A DNA stretch of 64,000 nucleotides from Candidatus Bathyarchaeia archaeon (GTDB lineage: Archaea; Thermoproteota; Bathyarchaeia; 40CM-2-53-6), in contig JBEKSC010000001.1 in NCBI GenBank assembly GCA_049517415.1, positions 128,001 through 192,000 of the forward strand. Direction: 5' to 3'. Under the pieces are notes generated by a model, which worked only from the letters and a program-made list of their open reading frames with translations, did not search any database and had not been told where the DNA came from. The first letter of the stretch is position 1, and every line of letters begins with the position of its first letter. A program made the position numbers and the translations under genes. Shown here one piece after another: positions 29,843-39,703 of the stretch.

Positions 29843-31170
29843 CGGCTCCGCTTTCGGTTATTGCTCTTTACGAATTTCTCCACAGTGGTAGCTAAGTCTC
29901 TAATGTTTTTGTCGGAGTGCGCGTTACTGATCGCTCCATGGAGCATTTCGGGTATGATCATTAAGATCTCGTTATCGAGGAAATGGTTGAAGAGTTTTCT
30001 GGAGAGCTCGTGGTCACTATTAGCAAAACTCTTGGCATCTATTATTGGTGCCTTGTCAGTTAGGTGGATAGCAAAAAGCGAACCTACCCCAGTCGCACGC
30101 GCTGGAAAGGCGTGTTGCTCAAATAGTGTGTTGAGCGCGTCGCGGGTTTGCTTCCCAAGGCGATCAATGTGCTCGTAAACAGGTGAGTGTTGCAAAACGT
30201 TGATTGTTGCGAGGCCTGCGGCCAATGTGATTGCGTTGCCCGCGAAGGTGCCTCCATGGTAAGCATAATCAAGGCCGCTGTATTTCGTGTGATCCATCCT
30301 TTCCATTATATCGCTTCGGCCACAGACCGCACCGATCGGTAGCCCACCTCCGATGACTTTTCCCATTACAGTAACGTCTGGTGTTACGCCGAAGTACCCT
30401 TGAGCGCCAGCTAAGCCAAGTCGGAAACCGGTAATCACCTCATCAAAGATCAGTAAGGTTCCAGTATCATCGCAGTACTCCCTCAATCCTTTTAGAAAAT
30501 CCTTTTCGGCAGGTATCATTCCACCCGCCCCTAGGACAGGCTCCAAGATTACGCAGGCCAATTTCTCCTTGTTAACACGCCTGAGGTAACCATCAAGGTC
30601 GTTGTATGGGACAAGAATAGTATCTTTCTGCGATGCCTGGCTAATACCTCCCGACAAAGGCTGGTCTAGAGGTGGCCGCATCGCTAAGTGTAAAGGATCA
30701 TACGCCCCATGCCAACAACCTTCGAACTTAGCAATCTTCTCTCGTCGGGTGAATGTTCTAGCTAACCTAATCGCGAAGAAGTTTGCTTCGCTACCAGAAC
30801 TCGTGTATCGAACTAGTTCGGCGCTCGGAACGTTTTTGGCTATAGTTTCTGAAAGGGTAACTTCCAACTCGTGCGCGAGTCCAAAATGCCACCCGTTTTC
30901 CGTTTGCGCCTCAATGGCTTGCATGACTACGGGATGTGCGTGCCCAAGAATCATTGCAAAGTGCGTACACCAGTAGTCCGTGAACGCGTTTCCGTCTAGG
31001 TCAATCAGTTTTGCACCGCGGGCCTCTCTGACGAAGAATGGGTAGGGCTCGAAGTATCTATATTTGTATGAAACACCGGCGGGCTCAACCTTCTTGGCAC
31101 GTTCAAACATCGCTCGAGACTTTGGAGTTCGTTTGGCGTATACCGACTCTTTCAGAACGACATCAGACAT
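29839..31170 (-). CDS. class III aminotransferase, glutamate-1-semialdehyde aminomutase-like
   Basis: ILGH, SGSEA, FEGCWHG, FDEVITGFR, GKVIGGGLP, HGGTF; lacks the SWG motif typical of true HemL. Confidence 0.8.
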   Translation of the reverse strand: MSDVVLKESVYAKRTPKSRAMFERAKKVEPAGVSYKYRYFEPYPFFVREARGAKLIDLDGNAFTDYWCTHFAMILGHAHPVVMQAIEAQTENGWHFGLAHELEVTLSETIAKNVPSAELVRYTSSGSEANFFAIRLARTFTRREKIAKFEGCWHGAYDPLHLAMRPPLDQPLSGGISQASQKDTILVPYNDLDGYLRRVNKEKLACVILEPVLGAGGMIPAEKDFLKGLREYCDDTGTLLIFDEVITGFRLGLAGAQGYFGVTPDVTVMGKVIGGGLPIGAVCGRSDIMERMDHTKYSGLDYAYHGGTFAGNAITLAAGLATINVLQHSPVYEHIDRLGKQTRDALNTLFEQHAFPARATGVGSLFAIHLTDKAPIIDAKSFANSDHELSRKLFNHFLDNEILMIIPEMLHGAISNAHSDKNIRDLATTVEKFVKSNNRKRSR

Positions 31171-31344
31171 GGTTCAGGCACATCGATGTGGATAAATCGA
31201 ACTGAATTTCAGGCTTCCGATTGAGTTGTAACTTTGCTTAGAGCTTGTAATAAGCGGACGGCGAGCTCTTCGAAGGTTGGCAGATACAATAAAGAAATGT
31301 CAAAATGAAAAACAGGTGATGCCTAGACGTTGAGGTTAGATACG

Positions 31345-31458
31345 ATGTATGGCTCAACCTATGTAAGATGTGCATATTGCGGCCAGACAATCCCACGCGT
31401 AACTCCATCCTGCCCATATTGCCAACATAAATTTCTCCTTAAAGGACTTGGGCTCTAA
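31345..31458 (+). CDS. 37-aa zinc-finger microprotein
   Basis: Manually read MYGSTYVRCAYCGQTIPRVTPSCPYCQHKFLLKGLGL with two CxxC; GAGGT at 31332 upstream. Confidence 0.55.
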   Translation: MYGSTYVRCAYCGQTIPRVTPSCPYCQHKFLLKGLGL

Positions 31459-31557
31459 CGGTAATCTTTCGCTTGAAGTCCCGATTTGACGCGCAGATAC
31501 ACAACAAAAGGGCGGCTTGGATCCTTTGAGCAATGGCTTCTTGGTGCACCCGAGCTA

Positions 31558-32505
31558 TTACTTCTCTTTCGCCGTCAGGGTCACTTCTTTCAGCTCTTCT
31601 AGGTATGCGAGGGCATCCAGAGCGGCCTTACAGCCTTCCCCAGCCGCTGTCACAGCTTGACGGTACTTGAAATCGTGAACGTCTCCTGCGACGAAAACGC
31701 CGTCAACCGAAGTCCTCGTCCCCTCTCCAGTAATTATATAGCCCTTCTCATCCAGTCGCACCTGACCCTCGAAGATCTTGGTGTTGGGTTCAAACCCAAT
31801 TGCTACGAAGACACCATCACAGGCCACGATTGATTGCTCATCCGTCTTGACGTTCTTGAGCCTTACACCTTCGACGCCCTGCTCCCCAAGAACATCGTCG
31901 ATTACCGAATCCCAAACGAATTTGACCTTCTCGTTAGATAAGGCTCGTTTTTGCATAATCTTGCTGGCACGCATCTCACCGCGTCTATGGACAACAATGA
32001 CTTCAGAAGCATATTTTGTTAGGAAGAGCGCTTCTTCGATCGCTGTGTCTCCACCGCCGACAACGACGACTCGCTTCCCCCGAAAGAAATAGCCATCACA
32101 CGTGGCACAGCTTGAAACGCCGCGACCACGTAACCGCTCTTCAGAGAGTAAGCCCAGCCATTTGGCAGATGACCCGGTCGCTATTATGATGGCTTTTGAT
32201 GTGTGAATCTTGCCGCCGACGGTAACCTTGAACGGTCTACGGGAGAAATCTACCGATTCAACATCATCCTCAAGCAATTGCACGTTGAAGCGTTCAGCCT
32301 GTCTCTTCATCTCTTGCATTAGCTCGGGCCCCTGTACTCCGTCATGGAACCCTGGGAAATTTTCCACGCCGCTGGTGAGCATGAGTTGTCCGCCTAACAG
32401 GCGGCCGGCAACAACAAGAGTCTTCACGAGTGCTCGGCCGGCATAGATTGCTGCTGTCAAACCCGCGGGGCCTGAACCGATAATGATTATGTCGTACTCT
32501 GCCAT
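31558..32505 (-). CDS. trxB: thioredoxin-disulfide reductase
   Basis: GSGPAG, GGQL, CATCDG, GGGDTA, AGDV..YRQA. Confidence 0.95.
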   Translation of the reverse strand: MAEYDIIIIGSGPAGLTAAIYAGRALVKTLVVAGRLLGGQLMLTSGVENFPGFHDGVQGPELMQEMKRQAERFNVQLLEDDVESVDFSRRPFKVTVGGKIHTSKAIIIATGSSAKWLGLLSEERLRGRGVSSCATCDGYFFRGKRVVVVGGGDTAIEEALFLTKYASEVIVVHRRGEMRASKIMQKRALSNEKVKFVWDSVIDDVLGEQGVEGVRLKNVKTDEQSIVACDGVFVAIGFEPNTKIFEGQVRLDEKGYIITGEGTRTSVDGVFVAGDVHDFKYRQAVTAAGEGCKAALDALAYLEELKEVTLTAKEK

Positions 32506-32598
32506 CTTGCTTCCGGGTATAATTTCGATTCATGAATTATAAGCCAGACCCTTGACCTACCAAACGCAATCTTGCTGTTCAGGTTACGTGTTTCGAAT

Positions 32599-33096
32599 TC
32601 ACCGTTCTCTAGCATATTCGCCCAGTTTCACTGTGCGCGCTGATGACCCAATGAATATGACAATAGTATTAGACAGCCTGTTGAAGAGCCTCTGCCTATT
32701 CTCGCGACACGGCGAGTAGACCCAACCAATTAAGCAATCAACTGGCAGGAGCAGGGACTTTCCCACGCTCTGTATCGCGGAAGCTTTCAGGCTCGGCCTT
32801 TTCCCTTGAAGATCTGCTAGTCGAATATTCAGCAAGAGCTGGCCAATTGACCTTCCGAAGTACCCTTCCGAAAAGGCCCAATACAGAAAGAAGGCCAAAA
32901 CGGACAAAGGCGACCAGATGGAAATATCGAATCCTGGAAAACGTGGCAGAAGGGTTGCTGGGACCAGTTGTGTTTCTAGGTCTTCCAACCTGATGTATGC
33001 AAGCATCACATTAACGATAATGTAATCTATGAACCAGGCGATGAAACGCCTTCCCCAGTTTGCGAGTACAATCGGACTGGGTCTAGCCTTGGACAT
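32599..33096 (-). CDS. RDD family membrane protein
   Basis: RRFIAWFID...G.SIG...QRLFNR.SNT.V. Confidence 0.8.
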   Translation of the reverse strand: MSKARPSPIVLANWGRRFIAWFIDYIIVNVMLAYIRLEDLETQLVPATLLPRFPGFDISIWSPLSVLAFFLYWAFSEGYFGRSIGQLLLNIRLADLQGKRPSLKASAIQSVGKSLLLPVDCLIGWVYSPCRENRQRLFNRLSNTIVIFIGSSARTVKLGEYARER

Positions 33097-33152
33097 GCCG
33101 GTACCAGTTACTCGGATCCCTTATGGGCGTGCATAATTGCTGATTTTCTTTC

Positions 33153-34226
33153 TTACTTTCGGCGTGTCGGCGTGCGGCGATCTCCCATAACCATAGCCAT
33201 CACGGCTTTTTGGGCATGCAACCTGTTCTCGGCTTGCTCGAAGTATAGTGAGTAACTCTCATTATCAATTACGTCATCAGTAACTTCTTGTCCCCGGTCC
33301 GCCGGGCCGCAATGCATGTACTTGCCTTTCTTTGTTAGATCCATCATCTCCTGGGTGCATATCCAGTCCTTGAACTGGTCTTGGTAAGTGGTCGCGCCGG
33401 TCTTGTCTAGTGAGTCGCGGTGCGGAGGAAAATAGTTCTTCGGCGACCAGGCCTTCGGGTACACTACATCAGCGCCGTTGAAGGCTTCCTTCATATCGTT
33501 AACTACATGGAACCCGCCGCCGTACCTGTCCGCATTCTTCTTCGCGGCATCAAGGACCACATCTTCTAGTTCGAAGCCTTGCGGGTGCGCGAGGACTACG
33601 TCCATTCCTAGTTGCGTTCCGATTAGAACCTCATTTTGCGGGACGGCTAGTGGCTTTAGTCCGCCAGAGTACGCATAAGAGACAACGAGTTTCTTTCCTT
33701 TCAGTTTAGGAATAGCATTTCTCATAGCCTGGGCATCGGCCAAAGCTTGGAATGGGTGATACATGTCATCCTCCATATTCAACACTGGAATGGTTGCGTA
33801 CTTTGCAAATTCCCGAACAACCTTGTGGCCTCTGCCTATGATCCATTTCGCTGCATCGCCATAGATTCTGATTGCAATCGCGTCCCCGTACCTGCTCAAT
33901 ACACGTGAAACGTCAGAAATTGCTTCAGTTTGATAAGCGACCATGTCTTCGGGAAGCGCGGGTGTGTAAACGTCTTGTGGACTAAGAAAGTGGGCGTGAC
34001 CGCCGAGTTGATACATTCCCGCCTCGAAAGAATTCCTTGTCCTGAGAGAGCGGTTATAGAACATCATGAAGAGGGTTTTTCCAGATAGATAGTGATGCTC
34101 CTTTCGGGAACGAAATAGTTTCCTCAATACGTCGGCTGCGTCTAGAGCTTCCTTAATTTGTTCCTGCGAGAAATCATCTGTATTTAAGAAATGTTTACCC
34201 TTCCATTTGCCTACGAACGACGGCAT
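33153..34226 (-). CDS. YgeW-like (knotted-type) carbamoyltransferase A
   Basis: SLRTRNSFE, HPFQALAD, YAYSGGLKPLAVPQ, GMDVVLAHP, VYPKAW, MHCGPADRG. Confidence 0.85.
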   Translation of the reverse strand: MPSFVGKWKGKHFLNTDDFSQEQIKEALDAADVLRKLFRSRKEHHYLSGKTLFMMFYNRSLRTRNSFEAGMYQLGGHAHFLSPQDVYTPALPEDMVAYQTEAISDVSRVLSRYGDAIAIRIYGDAAKWIIGRGHKVVREFAKYATIPVLNMEDDMYHPFQALADAQAMRNAIPKLKGKKLVVSYAYSGGLKPLAVPQNEVLIGTQLGMDVVLAHPQGFELEDVVLDAAKKNADRYGGGFHVVNDMKEAFNGADVVYPKAWSPKNYFPPHRDSLDKTGATTYQDQFKDWICTQEMMDLTKKGKYMHCGPADRGQEVTDDVIDNESYSLYFEQAENRLHAQKAVMAMVMGDRRTPTRRK

Positions 34227-34452
34227 ATTTGTTACCTCCTCGTGTTGTTTGCTTGCGCGTATTTGAATTAAGCTCTTAGAGAAAGACGTTTCCTTCTAGG
34301 GCAATCACCATGACTCTGTCAATCAATCTCGCTTCATCTCAGAAGAGAAGCACAACCTCTCATTACACCCTTTATGAACTTTCATGATTTTCCTAGTTTC
34401 GGAAAGTTCTATCTAGCTCGAAAGAGTATCTTCGAGACAAATAGAGGAACTT

Positions 34453-35481
34453 TTGATGGCGAAGGTTGATTTGGCCGGTAAGGACTTAATCACCACACAA
34501 GATTGGTCACTTGATGAACTTCGGGCAACACTTAAAGTGGCACGGGAACTGAAGATGAAATATAGGCGCGGCCGCGTCCCACCCCTTCTTCGTAATAAGA
34601 CGTTTTTCATGTTGTTTTATGCGCCTTCGACCAGGACGAGGGCTGCGTTTGAAGCCGGTATGACATACCTAGGCGGCCATGCGCAGTATATCGATGTCTC
34701 AACAACCCGGCTCGGGTCGGGTGAGGCTCCGAAGGATGTGGCTAAGATGTATGAGAAATATGGCCACGGGTTAGGGGTTCGAATTCTAGATTCAGCGATC
34801 GATTATGTTTACGGCGCTGGAATTTCCGTCGTACGAGAGTATGCAAAACATGCGGAGATTCCTGTCATTAACATGGCATGCTGTACCTACCACCCGACTC
34901 AGGGACTTGCGGATCTGATGACCGTTCAGGAATCATTGGGTAAGGTGCAGGGTAAGAAGTATGTCATAATGTGGGGGTACGCGAAGAGCTTCCGTGGCAG
35001 GTGTAGCATACAAGAGGAGGCATTGATCATGCCCCGCTTCGGAATGGATGTTGTTCTGGCCCATCCGCCGGGCTTCGAAATTGACCCAAAGATAGTGGAA
35101 ACAGCAAAGTCAAATGCCACAGAGGCAGGTGGCAGCTTTCAAGTCTCAAACGATTTGAAGTCAGCTATCGAGGGGGCCCATGCGGTCTTCCCTAGAAATT
35201 GGGCGTCATCTGAATTGCTTCAAGTCGGGGCAAGTAAGTTTGGGAAGGAAAGAGAGATGGAATTACATGAGAAGTACCGCAATTGGACATTTAATCAGGA
35301 TTTGCTTGATAGGATGGACAGAAAGGCTGTCGTGACTCATGTACTGCCTGTGCTTCGCGGAGAAGAAGCAACAGATGACGTAATGGATGGCCCCCACTCA
35401 GTTATCTATCCACAAGCTGAGAATGGCATGTACACCAAAATGGCGGTTCTCGCAGTAACCATGGGCCGCAGAAAAAAGTGA
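34453..35481 (+). CDS. YgeW-like carbamoyltransferase B
   Basis: STRTRAAFE, YGAG.SVVRE, HPTQGLAD, PRFGMDVVLAHP, HVLPVLRG, QAEN. Confidence 0.85.
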   Translation: MMAKVDLAGKDLITTQDWSLDELRATLKVARELKMKYRRGRVPPLLRNKTFFMLFYAPSTRTRAAFEAGMTYLGGHAQYIDVSTTRLGSGEAPKDVAKMYEKYGHGLGVRILDSAIDYVYGAGISVVREYAKHAEIPVINMACCTYHPTQGLADLMTVQESLGKVQGKKYVIMWGYAKSFRGRCSIQEEALIMPRFGMDVVLAHPPGFEIDPKIVETAKSNATEAGGSFQVSNDLKSAIEGAHAVFPRNWASSELLQVGASKFGKEREMELHEKYRNWTFNQDLLDRMDRKAVVTHVLPVLRGEEATDDVMDGPHSVIYPQAENGMYTKMAVLAVTMGRRKK

Positions 35482-35496
35482 AGACATCTCCTTGAA

Positions 35497-36747
35497 CTAG
35501 AGTTTCAGTATACGATCCAACTCTTGCATTGAGGCGTCAATGAGAGGTATCTCTGGCATTCCTTTTGTTGCCACATTCGGATCTTTCAAACCGCTTCCCG
35601 TTATCTCCACCACAACACAATCAGCCTTGTCTATATTTTCACGTTCTTTGATCACGCCGGCTAGTGATGTTACCCCGGACGGTTCAGCGAAAATCCCTTC
35701 GTATTTGGCGAGCTTCTTCTGTGCCTCTAGGATTTCGTCGTTCGAAACCGCAACGGCCGCGCCATGAGAGTTGCGGATGGCAACGAGAGCGGCATCGCCA
35801 TCCCAAGGATATGGGTCCATGAGTCCTGTTGCAACGGAGTCGGGCATTTCCCACGGAACTATGTTTTTCGAGTCGGCGCCTTGCTCGTAGGCCCGAATTA
35901 CGGGGGCGCAACCGGTCGATTGGACAGCAGCCATTCTCGGCATTGATTTTATGAAACCTAAGTTCTGAAAATCGAGGTAGCCTTTCCAGTTTCCCGCAAG
36001 TGCACCCCCTGCGCCCACGGGAACGAAGACCCAGTTGGGGACCTCCCAACCGAGCCCTTCCACGATCTCATAGGACATAGTCTTCGGACCCTCTGCTTGG
36101 TACGGGTTCATGGGGCCAAAGCTGGGGCAAGGGTACCAGTTGTTCTTGTCACAAACAGCCTTCAGCATTATCACAGTTGGATCCTCCCCTGATTCTAACC
36201 CTCGAACCTTGACAACATGAGCCCCGTACATCGTTAGCTGGGCCAATTTTCCTATGCTCGCCATCTCTGGGACGAAGGTGATGCATCGGAGCCCTGCCTT
36301 CGCAGAGTAGGCCGATAACGCTGCAGCAGCGTTACCACTTGAGGCTGAAACAACCGTTCGGTAGCCCAGCTCAACAGCTTTCGAGACGCCAACAGTCATC
36401 GGTCTGTCTTTGAACGAGGCGGTCGGATTGCGAGTGTCATCCAGCAGCCAAAGATTATCCAAGCCTAACTTCTCGCCGAATCGGTGTGCCCGCAAAAAAG
36501 GGGTTCCGCCTTCTCCGAGGCTAACTATGTTCTTCGGATCGTTAATCGGCAAAAGTTCCCTGTACTTCCAAACTCCGTTTGGCCTTCTCGACAGTGTCTC
36601 TATCTTGATGGCATCCCGCAAAGCTTCGTAGTCATAGAAGATGTCTAAGCGGCCGTCATCGTGATTTGCGCACCGGATCGCGCCAGAGCTAGGTTCGTAC
36701 TCCCTCCCACAGCGAGCGCACTTCATCAGCTTAAGGAAGGACTTCAT
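35497..36747 (-). CDS. threonine synthase-like PLP enzyme (fold type II)
   Basis: N-terminal CxxC, LGEGGTP, NPTASFKDR, SSGNA, PVGAGG, AEPS, TGSGLK. Confidence 0.85.
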   Translation of the reverse strand: MKSFLKLMKCARCGREYEPSSGAIRCANHDDGRLDIFYDYEALRDAIKIETLSRRPNGVWKYRELLPINDPKNIVSLGEGGTPFLRAHRFGEKLGLDNLWLLDDTRNPTASFKDRPMTVGVSKAVELGYRTVVSASSGNAAAALSAYSAKAGLRCITFVPEMASIGKLAQLTMYGAHVVKVRGLESGEDPTVIMLKAVCDKNNWYPCPSFGPMNPYQAEGPKTMSYEIVEGLGWEVPNWVFVPVGAGGALAGNWKGYLDFQNLGFIKSMPRMAAVQSTGCAPVIRAYEQGADSKNIVPWEMPDSVATGLMDPYPWDGDAALVAIRNSHGAAVAVSNDEILEAQKKLAKYEGIFAEPSGVTSLAGVIKERENIDKADCVVVEITGSGLKDPNVATKGMPEIPLIDASMQELDRILKL

Positions 36748-37796
36748 TCAACAATTTCCCAACGCGATTGATACTTGTCCAGCTGCGTAGTTGTGTACTC
36801 GTCAAGTGGATGTTCTCTTTCTGGGACCTCCACATGTTTCTTTTCGCCGCAGAGTTCCGTTGAGAAGTATCGTTGGCCGGTGTCATTCACCATCGTTACA
36901 ATCGTTTTGTACCCAGGGTGTCGCTTGGCGATCTTTATTGCTGCAACTACATTGCATCCTGAGGATATCCCGCAGAAGATTCCTTCCTCCCTAGCTAGCC
37001 TTCTGCCCATTTCAATGGATTCATCTGAGCCAGTTGTAATTATCCCTGTGAGATAGCTGAGGTCGAGGTTTACCGGGACAAAACCGTCTCCAATTCCTTC
37101 GATCTTATGAGTTCCCCATTGACGATGAGCTAGGATTGGTGCTTCCGACGGTTCCACTGCGAAAAGCGCCACATTCTTTTTCTTCTTTCTCAGGTATTTG
37201 CCAACACCCGTCAAAGTACCCCCAGTTCCTTGTGACGCTAGGAAACAGTCAACTTTTCCTTCGCTCTGCTCCCAAATCTCGGGGCCAGTTGTTTTGTAAT
37301 GGGCGGCAACATTGTCTTTGTTGCTGAACTGGCCGGGCTCCCAATATTTGCCTGGACTTGCTTGCTTTAGTTCCTCAATCTTCTTCAGACATAGGTCCAC
37401 GTCGCTTTCTGCCCCTGGCGTTGTAATGATCTCGGCTCCGTAAGCCCGTATGATCTTCATCCTCTCTTGGCTCATGCCCGCAGGCATAACGATCGTTACC
37501 TTGTGACCTAACGTAGTACCAACAAATGAGCAAGCGATTCCAGCATTGCCCGTAGAAGCTTCCAGTATTTCCATTTCAGGCCGTAATTCCCTGCGCTCAA
37601 TCGCCTTCGTTATCATTTCGAAATATATACGGTCCTTGAGGCTGCCGGTTGGATTCATGTACTCAAGCTTAACCAGAATGTTCGCTTTGACGCCCTCAGA
37701 TGCCGGTATCCTCCGCAATTTGACGAGTGGAGTCCGACCGATCGTTTGGAATACGCCGTCAGCGACTTTACGCGATTTCGTCCACTTTATGCTCAT
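36744..37796 (-). CDS. cysteine synthase family PLP enzyme
   Basis: IGRTPL, NPTGSLKDR, STGNAG, GTGGT, HKIEGIG, GISSG, DTGQRY. Confidence 0.85.
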   Translation of the reverse strand: MSIKWTKSRKVADGVFQTIGRTPLVKLRRIPASEGVKANILVKLEYMNPTGSLKDRIYFEMITKAIERRELRPEMEILEASTGNAGIACSFVGTTLGHKVTIVMPAGMSQERMKIIRAYGAEIITTPGAESDVDLCLKKIEELKQASPGKYWEPGQFSNKDNVAAHYKTTGPEIWEQSEGKVDCFLASQGTGGTLTGVGKYLRKKKKNVALFAVEPSEAPILAHRQWGTHKIEGIGDGFVPVNLDLSYLTGIITTGSDESIEMGRRLAREEGIFCGISSGCNVVAAIKIAKRHPGYKTIVTMVNDTGQRYFSTELCGEKKHVEVPEREHPLDEYTTTQLDKYQSRWEIVE

Positions 37797-37853
37797 TTGC
37801 CTCAGACCACCATTTCGCTAGGCTACTTCAAACTTGAACCTTATGGTAGGTTC

Positions 37854-39245
37854 CTAGGAAACCGCCCACTTGGGTTCGATTTCGAGACCCGCCCTTTCCA
37901 AGAGCTTTTGGCCCCTTTCGTTTGCCTCTTTGAGGATTTCCTCCTCTTCGAGTGTTTTGAGGTTTCTGTTTTCCATTACGACTTCACCATCAATTATCAC
38001 GGTTTCGACATCGGTTCCCTCCGCCGCGTAAATGAGGTGTGAAACTGGGTTGAAAACTGGTGTCAGGTGAGGTTTGTTCATTGCTATCATGATTACATCA
38101 GCTTTCTTATTCACCTCGATCGACCCCAAGTCTGTCTGCTTGCCAATGGCTTTTGCTCCGTTGATCGTGGCCATTTCGAGAACTGTCTCAGCATTCATCA
38201 CTAGTGGGTCGAGCAACCTTGCCTTTTGAAGTAGCGAAGCCGTTTTCATTTCACGGACAAGGTCGTAGCAGTTGTTGCTTGGGCCGCCGTCACATCCGAG
38301 ACCCACATTCACTCCCGCTTGCAACATTTCCGGGACCTTTGTAATTCCAGATGCAAGTTTCATGTTCGATGATGGGCAATGGGCGACACTACCTCCCTTA
38401 TCGGCCAATATTCTCCATTCCTTCTCAGTGAGCCAGACACCGTGGGCGAAAACAACATTCTGGCCCACTAAACCGACTTCATTCATGAATTCCGCTGGCA
38501 ACATTCCAAATTCTTTCTTGGTATACCGAACGTCCTCCTGAACCTCGCTCAGGTGCATCGTCACTCCCGTTCCGAGATCTCGAGCGCCGATTGCGATACG
38601 TTCGTACAGGTCTTTCGTGCAGCCACCAAGGGACCGAGCACCATACCAAACCTTAATCCTCTCGTTCGCTTTGCCGTCCCACCGTTTGAAGTGTGATTCG
38701 ATTTCGCGAAGGCAGGTTTCAGGGTCTTCGATCATCCCGGGGTGCATTATGCTTTTTTCAGTTCCGTAGCCCGGCAGTCCCATAACAGTCTTTGAGAGGA
38801 TGCCACGCATTCCTGATTTCTGCACGCTTTCGGCTATGCCATCGAAGCCATAACGCGTATGCAATAGGCTCTCGAGGAAGGTTGTCGTTCCTGATTTTAT
38901 CATTTCAAGCATGCACAGATTGGCACTTGCCTTTCCATCCCCTGCTTCGAAGTTGCCTTGAAGGGGCCAGACAAATTTCTGGAGCCAATCTATTAGTGAC
39001 GTATCGTCCGCGCATCCACGGATAAGAGCTTGGGCTAGGTGAACGTGCGTATCAATAAGCCCCGGGAGGACAACCATCCCTTTTGCGTCTATTTCGTACT
39101 CAGGCCGCGGATGCACTCTAATTTGGTCTGCCTTCCCCACTTCGGCGATACGGTCGTTTTCGACCCGAACTGCTCCGTCCCTAATAATTCGCCGATTCGC
39201 ATCCATGGTTATGACTGTCCCGCCGGAAATCAGAATAGACGCCAT
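37854..39245 (-). CDS. metal-dependent amidohydrolase (SsnA/MtaD/8-oxoguanine deaminase-like)
   Basis: PGLIDTHVH, HLSE, FAHGV, HCPSSNMKL, GLGCDG; start at ATG 39245. Confidence 0.88.
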   Translation of the reverse strand: MASILISGGTVITMDANRRIIRDGAVRVENDRIAEVGKADQIRVHPRPEYEIDAKGMVVLPGLIDTHVHLAQALIRGCADDTSLIDWLQKFVWPLQGNFEAGDGKASANLCMLEMIKSGTTTFLESLLHTRYGFDGIAESVQKSGMRGILSKTVMGLPGYGTEKSIMHPGMIEDPETCLREIESHFKRWDGKANERIKVWYGARSLGGCTKDLYERIAIGARDLGTGVTMHLSEVQEDVRYTKKEFGMLPAEFMNEVGLVGQNVVFAHGVWLTEKEWRILADKGGSVAHCPSSNMKLASGITKVPEMLQAGVNVGLGCDGGPSNNCYDLVREMKTASLLQKARLLDPLVMNAETVLEMATINGAKAIGKQTDLGSIEVNKKADVIMIAMNKPHLTPVFNPVSHLIYAAEGTDVETVIIDGEVVMENRNLKTLEEEEILKEANERGQKLLERAGLEIEPKWAVS

Positions 39246-39360
39246 GATGACCACTTCGCCGGGTGCTTGGATTGCACACGTCTGCTTTAATTGAATTTCC
39301 TGTGCAACAAACCTGACAAGCATAGAAGGGCGAGGCTGATTCTGTCAAAACGCTCGACCA

Positions 39361-39540
39361 TTGCACTTAACGATTGGCCTCGGGACGGATGAATACTTGA
39401 CCGACATGTTTGACGTCATCCGCGCTACGTTCCTGATTCACGAGAGGTATCTGCAGGATGCATGCGTCATGCCGGCTGAGACAGTTCTAGATATTGCGAA
39501 AATCAAGGGCGCGGAGGCAGCAGGACTTGGAGATTCACGG
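39361..39540 (+). pseudogene. fragment of a second amidohydrolase gene
   Basis: GLGTD..DMFDVIRATFL...D..VMPAETVLDIAKIKGAEAAG matches the C-terminal third of the neighbouring amidohydrolase; no HxH N-terminal part. Confidence 0.6.
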
Positions 39541-39703
39541 TCTGTTCTCAAAGCATTTCAGAGCCATGAGGGTTGGTGCGGCAGGCCATACATCTTAGGC
39601 TCACTTCTACTTATTGAGGTAGGAATAAGTGACTGCGCAACTGATAAGTTACTTTGCGAGAAAGGAGTTGTACAAGGGGAATTGAGGCCTGGCGTCCGCT
39701 CGC

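Noticed and set aside
29839..31170. Gene symbol hemL
   Set aside because: Lacks the SWG segment and has no tetrapyrrole gene context; left as HemL-like
33153..35481. Gene symbol argF for the carbamoyltransferases
   Set aside because: Ornithine-binding SMG loop and HCLP motif are altered; features are YgeW-like
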